Sequence record: SRR20825019_448
Strand: one strand, 5' to 3'
Length of the DNA stretch: 32,004 bases
The position numbers and the translations under genes are program-made. Of this stretch, positions 1 to 9,034 are shown one piece after another; position 1 is the stretch's first letter, and every line of letters begins with the position of its first letter. The notes under the pieces are model-generated. The model had not been told where the DNA came from and made no database searches. It was given only the letters and a program-made list of their open reading frames with translations.

Positions 1-349
1 TCGGCCCGGACAGTACACGCGGGGGCAAAGCCATGCAAGCCAAATTCCCCCCACATGGCGAATTGCGAGATACAACCGTTTACATTTTCCTGAATTTTGC
101 TGCCGCAGGCCCCAGGAACCAACCAATGTCACTTAAAAAATTCAACAAATAGTAAAAAATATTTTTTATATATTTCAATGTGTTACATATAATATCGTGC
201 GTTATATAAAATTTTATCCAATTAATTACCTATGATTAAGGCGCTTCCCTTTATAAATCATTCCAAGTGCTCTTGCGGGGTTGAGCGGCATCGCCAAAAT
301 TTCTCGCGCAACTGAGCGTTTCACGACAAAAGAATTTTGGATGGACCCC

Positions 350-718
350 ATGTTGAAAACATTGAAAACTTTCGTAGCCCTTACCTTCGCCGTCGCCCTG
401 AGCCTCAGTGCCATCAGCGCACCCGCCCAGGCCAACGACATGAAAAAATGGCAGATTGAAGTTGTTAAATCTGTTGCAAAAAACCAACGCTACCCACGTT
501 CCGCCATCGCGCGTGAAATTGAAGGCAAAGCGAAGGTTCGCCTTGTTGTGGCGGCGGATGGCTCGATCACCAGCCACGAAATTGTTGAAGCAACCGGCGA
601 GAGCGTTCTCGACAACGAAATTCCAAAGCTAGTGGAAAAGCTGAACCCGCTTCCCGCGCTCCCAGGTGGTCAGGCAGAGATGTCTTTTGTGCTGCCGCTG
701 AGTTGGACACTGAACTGA
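350..718 (+). CDS. Exported TonB C-terminal-domain-only protein, paralog 1
   Basis: Signal-peptide-like N-terminus (MLKTLK...APAQA) followed directly by a TonB_C-like domain (YPRSAIAREIEGKAKVRLVVAADG...G..VLD). Start is ATG 350 or 341; the track start at 281 is probably too long. Confidence 0.75.
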   Translation: MLKTLKTFVALTFAVALSLSAISAPAQANDMKKWQIEVVKSVAKNQRYPRSAIAREIEGKAKVRLVVAADGSITSHEIVEATGESVLDNEIPKLVEKLNPLPALPGGQAEMSFVLPLSWTLN

Positions 719-770
719 CTTTCCTCACCCTATGATGTTTTGAGTACCACTTTATTTGTTATGAGTATGC

Positions 771-803
771 ATGGCCTCGGCGCTTTCGTCGGGGCCATTT
801 TTT
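771..803 (+). terminator. Intrinsic terminator
   Basis: Stem ATGGCCTCGGCG/CGTCGGGGCCAT followed by a T-tract. Confidence 0.8.
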
Positions 804-1070
804 GTGGCACGCCCCCGTCCTCTCGCTTCCAAAAACACTGCCTTCAGCGCGAATCACTTCACCAAATAATGAATGACCGAATCGATAAAATTGTATGTAA
901 TTCCAATGGTTTGTAATTTTCTTTCGTACACGCATCAAAACTGGCCATTTTCCTCACATTTCAGACCCGCCAAACACCGCGAAACATAGTCTAAACGTCG
1001 GTAACCATTGGTTAATCTATTTCGCTCATATGCTGTGCGCAGAGTTAACCCCCCGCTTGAGAGTATTGAG

Positions 1071-1430
1071 ATGAAAAACCTTTCTATTGTTGCTGCTGTT
1101 CTTGCAATGGTCACCATCGGCATGCAGACTTCCCCCGCGTTTGCTGACGACATGAATGACTGGAAAAAGGCTGTTGTTCAGAAGCTTGTGAAAACACAAA
1201 AATACCCTCGCGCGGCCATCTCGCGCGAAATTGAGGGCAAAGCCAAAATCCGCCTGATCGTGGCTGCCGACGGTGCCATCACAGCGCATGAAATTGTTGA
1301 AGCAACTGGTCAGGATGTTCTCGACAACGAAATCCCCAAGCTGATCGCAAAACTGAGCCCGCTGCCAGCACTGCCCGCAGGCCAGAGCGATCTCAGCTTC
1401 ATCCTGCCGCTTGAGTGGTCCCTCCGCTAA
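1071..1430 (+). CDS. Exported TonB C-terminal-domain-only protein, paralog 2
   Basis: Signal-peptide-like MKNLSIVAAVLAMV...SPAFA plus a TonB_C-like domain (YPRAAISREIEG). Mature region is 63/94 identical to paralog 1 by manual alignment. Confidence 0.75.
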   Translation: MKNLSIVAAVLAMVTIGMQTSPAFADDMNDWKKAVVQKLVKTQKYPRAAISREIEGKAKIRLIVAADGAITAHEIVEATGQDVLDNEIPKLIAKLSPLPALPAGQSDLSFILPLEWSLR

Positions 1431-1466
1431 ACGCTTCAGACTCACCTAAACGGTAGCCCAAGGATT

Positions 1467-1498
1467 AAAAAGCCCCGCGCCGTAACGCCGGGGCTTTT
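1467..1498. terminator. Bidirectional intrinsic terminator
   Basis: AAAAGCCCCG...CGGGGCTTTT between convergent genes. Confidence 0.75.
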
Positions 1499-1533
1499 CC
1501 TAATTGGTGTGGCTTAGTGAGAGGGTTGCCCTT

Positions 1534-3162
1534 TCAGGCAACCCGGTCTGAGACCGCACGGCCAAATGGGATAAGTGTGGTGTCGCGCGGTTCGGCCATC
1601 AGTTCTGGATAGTCCGCCGTATAATGAAGCCCACGGGATTCTTTCCTGAGCTGCGCAGACCGCACAATCAGATCCGCGACCGTAACGAGGTTACGGAGCT
1701 CCAAGAGGTCAGCCGTCACCCGGAAGTTGCCGTAGTATTCGTGAATTTCAGCGGCCAGCAGATCAACTCGACGTTTCGCACGGGCGAGGCGCTTGTCTGT
1801 GCGCACAATGCCCACATAATCCCACATAAAACGCCGAAGCTCTTTCCAGTTGTGGGTTACCACCACCTCTTCATCACTATCTGTGACCTGGCTTTCATCC
1901 CAGTCCCGCACGATGGTGGCTGAGGGCAGCCCGCCAATGTTTTCCAGAATGTCATCTGCGGCAGAATTGCCGAGCACGAGACATTCAAGAAGGCTATTGG
2001 ATGCCATGCGGTTGGCACCATGCAGGCCTGTATGCGCACATTCACCGATGGCATATAGTCGCTCCAGATCCGTGCGGGCGTGCATGTCTACATGCACACC
2101 GCCGCAGGTATAATGCGCCGCTGGCACCACCGGGATCATATCCTTCGTGATGTCTATGCCGAGCGAGAGGCAGTGCCGGTAAATATTCGGAAAATGCGAG
2201 ACGATGAAGTCTGCGTCCTTGTGCGTGATATCAAGCCACACACAGTCCTGTCCCTTGCGTTTCATCTCCGCATCAATCGCACGCGCTACGATATCGCGCG
2301 GCGCAAGTTCGGCGCGCTCGTCATACTCTGGCATGAAACGCTCACCGTCCCGGCCCCTGAGCACAGCCCCTTCACCGCGCATGGCTTCCGTAATCAGGAA
2401 GGTTTTGGCGTCTGGATGATAGAGACACGTGGGATGGAACTGGTTGAACTCCAGGTTACTAACCCGGCACCCCGCCCGCCATGCCATGGCAATACCGTCG
2501 CCAGTGGAAGCGTCCGGGTTTGAGCTATAGAGATACACCCGGCTCGCGCCACCTGTGGCAATAATGGTCGCCCGGGCCGTGAAGGTTTCCACCCGGCCCT
2601 TCTCAAGGTTCAGCACATAAACACCATGCGCCTGGTCATTATAAGACGCCGGGCTTTTCAAATGCCGGTTGGTGATAACATCAATAGCCATATGGTTCTC
2701 ATAGACATCGATGTTGGGTTCCTCGAGCACACGGTCATTCAAGGTGTTCTGCACGGCCTTGCCGGTTGCGTCAGCGGCGTGAATGATACGCCTGTGGCTA
2801 TGGCCGCCTTCTCGTGTCAGGTGATAGTCATAGCCGTCCTCATGCGCCTGATTGACCCGGTCAAACTCAACGCCCAAGTTGATAAGGCTCTCGATCGCGT
2901 CGCGACCCCGCTCAACCACAAACCGCACTGCTTCTTCGGAACATAGGCCCGCGCCCGCCACAAGCGTATCGTCGATGTGGGATTGCACGGTATCAGTGGC
3001 CTCAAGCACCGCGGCGATACCACCTTGCGCCCAGCGGGTGGACCCGCCCGCCATCTCACCTTTGGAAAGCACCGCCACCCGCATATGCGGGGCGAGCTTG
3101 AGCGCGGCGGTTAAACCCGCTGCACCGGTTCCAACAATCACAACATCGTACGTGCGCCTCAT
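1534..3162 (-). CDS. nadB: L-aspartate oxidase
   Basis: FAD motif [55 protein letters not shown]. Confidence 0.95.
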   Translation of the reverse strand: MRRTYDVVIVGTGAAGLTAALKLAPHMRVAVLSKGEMAGGSTRWAQGGIAAVLEATDTVQSHIDDTLVAGAGLCSEEAVRFVVERGRDAIESLINLGVEFDRVNQAHEDGYDYHLTREGGHSHRRIIHAADATGKAVQNTLNDRVLEEPNIDVYENHMAIDVITNRHLKSPASYNDQAHGVYVLNLEKGRVETFTARATIIATGGASRVYLYSSNPDASTGDGIAMAWRAGCRVSNLEFNQFHPTCLYHPDAKTFLITEAMRGEGAVLRGRDGERFMPEYDERAELAPRDIVARAIDAEMKRKGQDCVWLDITHKDADFIVSHFPNIYRHCLSLGIDITKDMIPVVPAAHYTCGGVHVDMHARTDLERLYAIGECAHTGLHGANRMASNSLLECLVLGNSAADDILENIGGLPSATIVRDWDESQVTDSDEEVVVTHNWKELRRFMWDYVGIVRTDKRLARAKRRVDLLAAEIHEYYGNFRVTADLLELRNLVTVADLIVRSAQLRKESRGLHYTADYPELMAEPRDTTLIPFGRAVSDRVA

Positions 3163-4115
3163 TCAGCCGCGTCCTTCTGTTTTACCTTATCGCTTGTGAG
3201 CTGCAGGAATATATCCTCCAGGTCGGTCTCGTTTGTCGAGATATCATTGATGGTCAGCCCAGCGTCCTGCACGGCACGCAACACCTGCCCCACATTGCCG
3301 GTGGCCTGGGAAAGCTGCACGGCAAGTTTGTTGGTCTCCCGCACCTCTGCGGTAAAGGACGCAAGCGTGGCCGGTACAGCATCCAGCGTTTCTGCTACTT
3401 CAATGATCACCTCTTTTTCGTCAATGCGTTTGAGGAGCTGTTTGGTTGGCTCGCAGGCGACAACTTCACCGTGGTTGATGATGGCGATAGTGTCGCAAAG
3501 CTCCTCCGCTTCCTCAAGATAGTGCGTGGTGAGCACAATGGTTGTGCCGCGCCGGTGCAGCTCCCGCACATAGTCCCACAACTGTTGCCTCAGCTCGATA
3601 TCCACACCCGCCGTTGGTTCATCAAGGATCAGGATCGGCGGGTTATGTACCATGGCTTTCGCCACCAGAAGCCGCCGTTTCATGCCACCCGATAATGTGC
3701 GGGAATAAGCATCTGCCTTATCGAACAGATGCACCGCTTTCAGAAGTTCTTCCGTGCGGCGTTCGTGCGGCTTCACGCCGTACATACCTGCCTGCACCTC
3801 CAACATCTCACGCGGGGTAAAAAAGGCGTCAAACAACAGTTCCTGCGGCACAATGCCAATGTTGGCGCGTGCGTTCCGGGGATTGTCGTCGATGTCGAAA
3901 CCCCAGATGCTGGCGCTGCCTTCGGTTTTGTTCACAAGGCCTGCAAGAATGTTGATTGTGGTGGACTTTCCCGCGCCGTTGGGGCCCAAAAGCCCGAACA
4001 TCGACCCTTGCGGGATTTCAAGGTCTATACCCTTGAGCGCGAGTTTATCTTCCGCGCCGCCACGGCCCTTGTATATTTTCTTCAGACCCCTGATCTCGAT
4101 CGCATTTTTCGACAA
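3159..4115 (-). CDS. ABC-2 type exporter ATP-binding protein (YadG-like)
   Basis: Walker A GPNGAGKS, signature LSGGMKRR, Walker [20 protein letters not shown] start; ATGA overlap with nadB. Confidence 0.9.
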   Translation of the reverse strand: MSKNAIEIRGLKKIYKGRGGAEDKLALKGIDLEIPQGSMFGLLGPNGAGKSTTINILAGLVNKTEGSASIWGFDIDDNPRNARANIGIVPQELLFDAFFTPREMLEVQAGMYGVKPHERRTEELLKAVHLFDKADAYSRTLSGGMKRRLLVAKAMVHNPPILILDEPTAGVDIELRQQLWDYVRELHRRGTTIVLTTHYLEEAEELCDTIAIINHGEVVACEPTKQLLKRIDEKEVIIEVAETLDAVPATLASFTAEVRETNKLAVQLSQATGNVGQVLRAVQDAGLTINDISTNETDLEDIFLQLTSDKVKQKDAAE

Positions 4116-4263
4116 TGTTCCAACCCAATCCTGAAATGCTAACGTTTATTTTATCGACAAAGCGCCTACGCTGTTACCGCAGTGCTTGTTCGCCCGCTGT
4201 CGCTTGGTTATATAAAGCTAAATTCAAACTGCACGAGTTCAATTTGCAATAAAGAGAAGCCCG

Positions 4264-4446
4264 ATGACGGTAGAAGCTCCTGAAACCAAAATTGTTGACA
4301 CCAAAAAAGTATCCTGTGACGGCGATGAAGGCCCTATGGGCCACCCACGCGTCTATCTGACCATGGACACTAAGGGCAAAGTAGAATGCCCATATTGTGA
4401 CCGACTCTACATTTTGCAAGGCGGCCCGTCAGACACATCTAAGTGA
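4264..4446 (+). CDS. zf-CHCC zinc-finger protein (NDUFS6-like)
   Basis: SCDG...GHPRVYL...CPYC pattern, 60 aa. Confidence 0.85.
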   Translation: MTVEAPETKIVDTKKVSCDGDEGPMGHPRVYLTMDTKGKVECPYCDRLYILQGGPSDTSK

Positions 4447-4537
4447 TTGTGCTGCCTTTTTTCTAATCTCTTGCCCAAGGAAATTTTGGCCAATTCCTGC
4501 CTCAACCCCAGGGCCTGCTTCAACTTAGGAATAGCAC

Positions 4538-7312
4538 ATGTCAGATGCCGACAGCAAAGCGCCACATCTTTACCTGATTGACGGCTCCGGTTTTATTTTC
4601 CGGGCTTATCATGCTTTGCCTCCCATGACCCGCGCAGACGGTACACCGGTGAACGCGGTCTATGGCTTCTCGAACATGCTTTTCAAGCTGCTGCAAGACC
4701 TGAACGACAATGAAAAACCCACGCACCTTGCAGTGATTTTCGATGCGGCGCGCAAAAACTTCCGTAATGACATCTACAAAGAATACAAGGCTCACCGCCC
4801 ACCAGCACCTGAAGACCTCGTGCCCCAGTTTTCCATCATCAAGGATGCGGCTGTCGCTTTTGGCGTACCGGCAATTGAGATGGAGGGTTATGAGGCGGAT
4901 GACCTGATCGCAACCTATACCCACCAGGCCCGCGAAAAAGGCTGGCAGGTCACCATCGTCAGCTCGGACAAAGACCTGATGCAACTGGTTGATGACGGTA
5001 CCACCATGTTCGACAGCATGAAAAACAAGCGTGTCGGGTACGACGGTGTGCTGGAGAAATTTGGTGTAACACCTGACCGGGTTGTGGATGTGCAGTCGCT
5101 CGCCGGTGATAGCGTCGACAACGTGCCTGGCGTGCCTGGCATTGGCATCAAAACAGCCGCACAGCTTATTCAGGAATATGGTGATCTCGATACGCTGCTT
5201 GAACGCGCGGCTGAGATCAAACAGAACAAGCGCCGCGAAAATCTGATCGAATTTGCCGAGATGGCTCGCATCAGCCGCCAGCTTGTCAGCCTCGCAAAAG
5301 ACGCCCCGGTTGAGTTTGAGCTTGACCATATGACGCTTGAAGACCCGGCGCCTGAACCGCTAATGGCGTTTCTAGACCAGCAGAACTTCCGCTCGCTCAA
5401 GGTCAAGGTTGTGCATCATTACGGGGTCGATGTTGGCTCAGACCCTGTGAGCGACGCGGTTTCGGTGACAGAAACCCACTATGAATGCGTGAGCGATATG
5501 GCCGCGCTTGAGCGCTGGATCAAACTGGCGGAACAAACCGGCGCCGTGGCTGTGGATACGGAAACCACGTCCCTCAACCCGGCCATGGCGGAGCTCGTCG
5601 GTATTTCCCTATCCGTGGAGCCCGGCAAAGCTTGCTATATTCCGGTGGCTCATGCCCAAGCTGGCGGCGATTTGCTCTCAGAAAAACCCAACCAGCTTGA
5701 TAAAGCAGCAGTGATCAAGGCCATCAAGCCAATGCTTGAAGACCGGAGCGTGCTGAAGATCGGGCAGAACCTCAAGTATGATATGTCGATCCTCGCGCGG
5801 GAGGGCATTAACGTTACGCCTATCGATGATACGATGCTGATGTCTTATGCGCTGGATGCAGGCAAACATGGCCACGGCATGGATGAGCTTTCCGGCCTTC
5901 ATCTCGACATCACCCCGGTAAGCTTCAAGGAAGTGGCCGGTACCGGCAAAAACCAGATCACCTTTGATCAGGTGCCGCTTGATAAAGCCACAAACTATGC
6001 GGCGGAAGATGCAGACATCACCGGCCGCCTGTGGCGCATCCTGAAACCGCGTCTTGCTGAGGAGAAAGTCACCACGGTATACGAGACGCTCGAACGGCCG
6101 CTCGTCAGTGTGCTTTCCGCCATGGAGCGTGAGGGCATCAAGGTTGATGTCGGTGTACTCAACAAGCTCTCAAACGAGTTTGGTGTGGGTATTGAACGGC
6201 TGGACAAAGAAATTCAGGAGCTGGCCGGTCGCCCCTTCAACGTCAACTCACCCAAACAGTTGGGTGAGATCCTGTTTGACGAACAGGGCCTGAAGGGCGG
6301 CAAGAAATCCTCAAAAACCGGTGCATGGCAAACCAATGTTGATGTACTGGAAAAACTGGCCGCTGAGGGCCATGAAATCCCCAAAAAGGTGATGGAATAC
6401 CGCCAGTTCTCCAAGCTCAAGAGCACGTATACAGACTCGCTCGTGCATCAGGTCAGCAGCCGCACAGGCCGCGTGCATACAAGTTTCCATATGGCGTCTA
6501 CCACCACCGGGCGGCTGTCATCCAACGACCCCAACCTGCAGAACATTCCAATCCGCACGGAAGAAGGCCGCAAGATCCGTCGTGCTTTCATCGCGGACAA
6601 GGGCAATATCCTGCTGGCGGCAGACTATAGCCAGATCGAGCTGCGGATTCTTGCGCATATTGCCGATATCGGCGCGCTAAAACAGGCTTTTGCAGAAGGC
6701 ACAGACATTCATGCCATGACGGCAAGTGAGGTTTTTGGCGTGCCTATTGAAGGCATGGACCCAATGGTGCGAAGGCAGGCCAAGGCTATCAACTTCGGTA
6801 TCATATACGGGATATCTGCCTTTGGGCTCGCCCGCCAGCTTGGCATCAGCCGCGGAGATGCCCAGGGTTATATCGACGCCTATTTCGAGCGTTTCCCCGG
6901 CATCCGAAAATATATGGATGAGACCATCGCGTTCGCGAAAGAGCATGGCTATGTGGAAACGCTGTTTGGCCGCAAATGCCATATCACCGCGCTGACGGAC
7001 AAGAACCCCATGAAGCGCGGTTTTGGGGAACGCGCGGCCATCAACGCGCCCATTCAGGGCTCCGCGGCCGATATCATCCGCCGTGCCATGGTGCGCATGC
7101 CACATGCACTTGCTGATGCAGGCCTGACGGATGTGCGCATGCTTCTGCAAGTACATGATGAACTGGTGTTCGAAGCCCCTGAAGGCTTGGCAGAAAAAGC
7201 CATCCCGCTGATTGAGGAGACCATGGCCAAAGCATGTGAACCTGTTATCACCCTGTCTGTTCCGCTTGATGTGGACTGTGGCACCGGCAAGAACTGGCAG
7301 GAAGCCCACTAG
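4538..7312 (+). CDS. polA: DNA polymerase I
   Basis: 5'-3' exonuclease (LIDGS, EADD), 3'-5' exonuclease (DTETT), polymerase motifs DYSQIELR, KAINFGIIYG, QVHDEL. Confidence 0.98.
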   Translation: MSDADSKAPHLYLIDGSGFIFRAYHALPPMTRADGTPVNAVYGFSNMLFKLLQDLNDNEKPTHLAVIFDAARKNFRNDIYKEYKAHRPPAPEDLVPQFSIIKDAAVAFGVPAIEMEGYEADDLIATYTHQAREKGWQVTIVSSDKDLMQLVDDGTTMFDSMKNKRVGYDGVLEKFGVTPDRVVDVQSLAGDSVDNVPGVPGIGIKTAAQLIQEYGDLDTLLERAAEIKQNKRRENLIEFAEMARISRQLVSLAKDAPVEFELDHMTLEDPAPEPLMAFLDQQNFRSLKVKVVHHYGVDVGSDPVSDAVSVTETHYECVSDMAALERWIKLAEQTGAVAVDTETTSLNPAMAELVGISLSVEPGKACYIPVAHAQAGGDLLSEKPNQLDKAAVIKAIKPMLEDRSVLKIGQNLKYDMSILAREGINVTPIDDTMLMSYALDAGKHGHGMDELSGLHLDITPVSFKEVAGTGKNQITFDQVPLDKATNYAAEDADITGRLWRILKPRLAEEKVTTVYETLERPLVSVLSAMEREGIKVDVGVLNKLSNEFGVGIERLDKEIQELAGRPFNVNSPKQLGEILFDEQGLKGGKKSSKTGAWQTNVDVLEKLAAEGHEIPKKVMEYRQFSKLKSTYTDSLVHQVSSRTGRVHTSFHMASTTTGRLSSNDPNLQNIPIRTEEGRKIRRAFIADKGNILLAADYSQIELRILAHIADIGALKQAFAEGTDIHAMTASEVFGVPIEGMDPMVRRQAKAINFGIIYGISAFGLARQLGISRGDAQGYIDAYFERFPGIRKYMDETIAFAKEHGYVETLFGRKCHITALTDKNPMKRGFGERAAINAPIQGSAADIIRRAMVRMPHALADAGLTDVRMLLQVHDELVFEAPEGLAEKAIPLIEETMAKACEPVITLSVPLDVDCGTGKNWQEAH
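7246..7312 (+). repeat. 67-bp direct repeat copy 1 (functional polA 3' end)
   Basis: 62/67 nt identical to 7954-8020. Confidence 0.95.
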
Positions 7313-7327
7313 AAGGTATCGGCTATA

Positions 7328-7915
7328 TCAACCACTATGGGGTCTGCCCGCCTCATAATAGTGGTTGCTGCCCTCATCAGTATGGCCGCCCAAAAGGACC
7401 AAGCCCGACCCGACCAACACCCGCTCGTACTCATCCTGTCCGAGCGAGATGGAGCGACGCCCGGTGAGCAGGTCTTCCCATTCACATCGTTCGCGCGGGG
7501 CACTGAAAAGGAATCGCGCACCCGGTCGGAGGGCTTGCGCAACTCCTTTGATCAGTTTTCGCTGGTCGCGCTCAGCAAGCAGAAACAGAAGCCCAACCGC
7601 AACGACGGCATCAAACTGCCGATTAAAAAAGCGGCTGTCCTGCCCCGCTTCGCACGCGCTTTGAGCATCTGGAAAATTGTGCCGGAAAACCTCAAGCAAG
7701 GTAGGCGAGGCGTCAATCCCAAAAACTTCAAGACCTTCCTCACTCAACACTTTGGTAATCGGCACACCTGAGCCACAGCCAATATCGACTACCACGCCGC
7801 CCGGTGGCAAATTTTCGCGCGCCCATATCCGCACCAGTTCCGCCCCGACATTGCTTCGGAACTTCAGAAATTGTCCGGCGATACCGTCCCACCCTTCGGA
7901 CAAGTCCGTGGTCAT
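7328..7915 (-). CDS. Class I SAM-dependent methyltransferase
   Basis: Motif I VVDIGCGSG, GIDAS, FDAVVA, LRPGARFLF. ATG 7915 is preceded by the SD-like AGGGGAGA; the track start at 8017 lies inside the repeat. Confidence 0.85.
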   Translation of the reverse strand: MTTDLSEGWDGIAGQFLKFRSNVGAELVRIWARENLPPGGVVVDIGCGSGVPITKVLSEEGLEVFGIDASPTLLEVFRHNFPDAQSACEAGQDSRFFNRQFDAVVAVGLLFLLAERDQRKLIKGVAQALRPGARFLFSAPRERCEWEDLLTGRRSISLGQDEYERVLVGSGLVLLGGHTDEGSNHYYEAGRPHSG

Positions 7916-7953
7916 GTGTGTATCTCCCCTAACGGTAACGGTTTTTCGCATCG

Positions 7954-8020
7954 TATCAACCTGTCTGTTCTGCTTGATGTGGACTGTGGCACCGGCCAGA
8001 ACTAGCAGGAAGCACACTAG
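7954..8020 (+). pseudogene. 67-bp direct repeat copy 2: degenerate polA 3' fragment
   Basis: Translates INLSVLLDVDCGTGQN*QEAH* versus PolA ITLSVPLDVDCGTGKNWQEAH*; TGG>TAG premature stop. Confidence 0.9.
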
Positions 8021-8163
8021 CCCCGATTATAGACTAAAAAGGTCTATAACTTTGCGCAATCCGTCCCCCTTGGGATGCTGTTGGTCTCAAAGGTCGAAAT
8101 TGGGACGTGACAGCGTCTCCGCCGTTATTCCATAATACACAAGGGGTTGAAGGGAATATTGCG

Positions 8164-8922
8164 ATGAAGTACTGGGCGTCCGCCATCATGGTGTTTTTTA
8201 TAAGCTTGCCGTCATTCGCTGCTGGCACGCTTTCGGACAACATACTGATTGATAGTAACTCTCTCGGTTACACCCTTCAGTTCAGGATCTATATCCCTGA
8301 GAACACTAAAAAAACCGATACCCTCCCTACCGTCTACGTGGCCGATGGGCAGTGGTATATCTCTGACGGTAAGATGCCTGAGATACTTGATAGCGAGATC
8401 GCTGCTGGGCGCATGCGTCCGGTGATCGCCATATTTATGGATAGTGGCGAGCCGGGCAACCCGCGTAACAATCGCCGCAATGATGAGTTCATGTGTAACG
8501 CAACTTATGCGCAGTTCTACCGTGATGAACTTATCCCCACCATTGAGCACAGCTTCCCGGTCAGCAAAAGCCGGGATGACCGGGTGATCATGGGGCTTTC
8601 GTTCGGCGGTTTGAACGCAGCGTGCTTCGGGCTGATGATTCCGGACAGTTTTGCGGGCATTGGCATGCACTCCCCCGCCAACAGCGAACACCTCAAGCTT
8701 CTCTCTGACATGTACACAAAGCGAGAAAAACTACCACTCAAGATATTCTTCTCCACCGGCACAAAACGCGACAATACAAAAGCCGCCCGCAAGTTCCATA
8801 ATGTGCTGGAAAGACAGGGTTACGACATGACCTATACCGAGGTCCCTTTCGGGCATAACTGGGATAACTGGGGGCCACTTGTGGATGACCTGCTGCTCAC
8901 TTTTTTCGCCACCACACCATAG
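8164..8922 (+). CDS. Exported alpha/beta hydrolase, Fes/IroE-like esterase family
   Basis: Signal peptide MKYWASAIMVFFISLPSFA, PTVYVADG, ELIPTIE, nucleophile elbow GLSFGG, C-terminal GHNW. Confidence 0.8.
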   Translation: MKYWASAIMVFFISLPSFAAGTLSDNILIDSNSLGYTLQFRIYIPENTKKTDTLPTVYVADGQWYISDGKMPEILDSEIAAGRMRPVIAIFMDSGEPGNPRNNRRNDEFMCNATYAQFYRDELIPTIEHSFPVSKSRDDRVIMGLSFGGLNAACFGLMIPDSFAGIGMHSPANSEHLKLLSDMYTKREKLPLKIFFSTGTKRDNTKAARKFHNVLERQGYDMTYTEVPFGHNWDNWGPLVDDLLLTFFATTP

Positions 8923-9034
8923 CATCCTTGCACACCAGGTCATCTAGGCCCATGTTACCGGGGTGGTTTTCACCACTTTAACCTCCCCGGAGCCATGTGA
9001 CTGTGGCTCGCTCAATTGTCCGAGGCACTCTTTC

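Noticed and set aside
7313-7953. IS element or restriction-modification methyltransferase in the polA islet
   Set aside because: No transposase, terminal inverted repeats or DNA-MTase catalytic motif (DPPY/NPPY/PC); it looks like a small-molecule class I methyltransferase.
7916-8017. N-terminal extension of the methyltransferase in the ORF track
   Set aside because: It is mostly the antisense reading of the duplicated polA end; ATG 7915 has a good SD.
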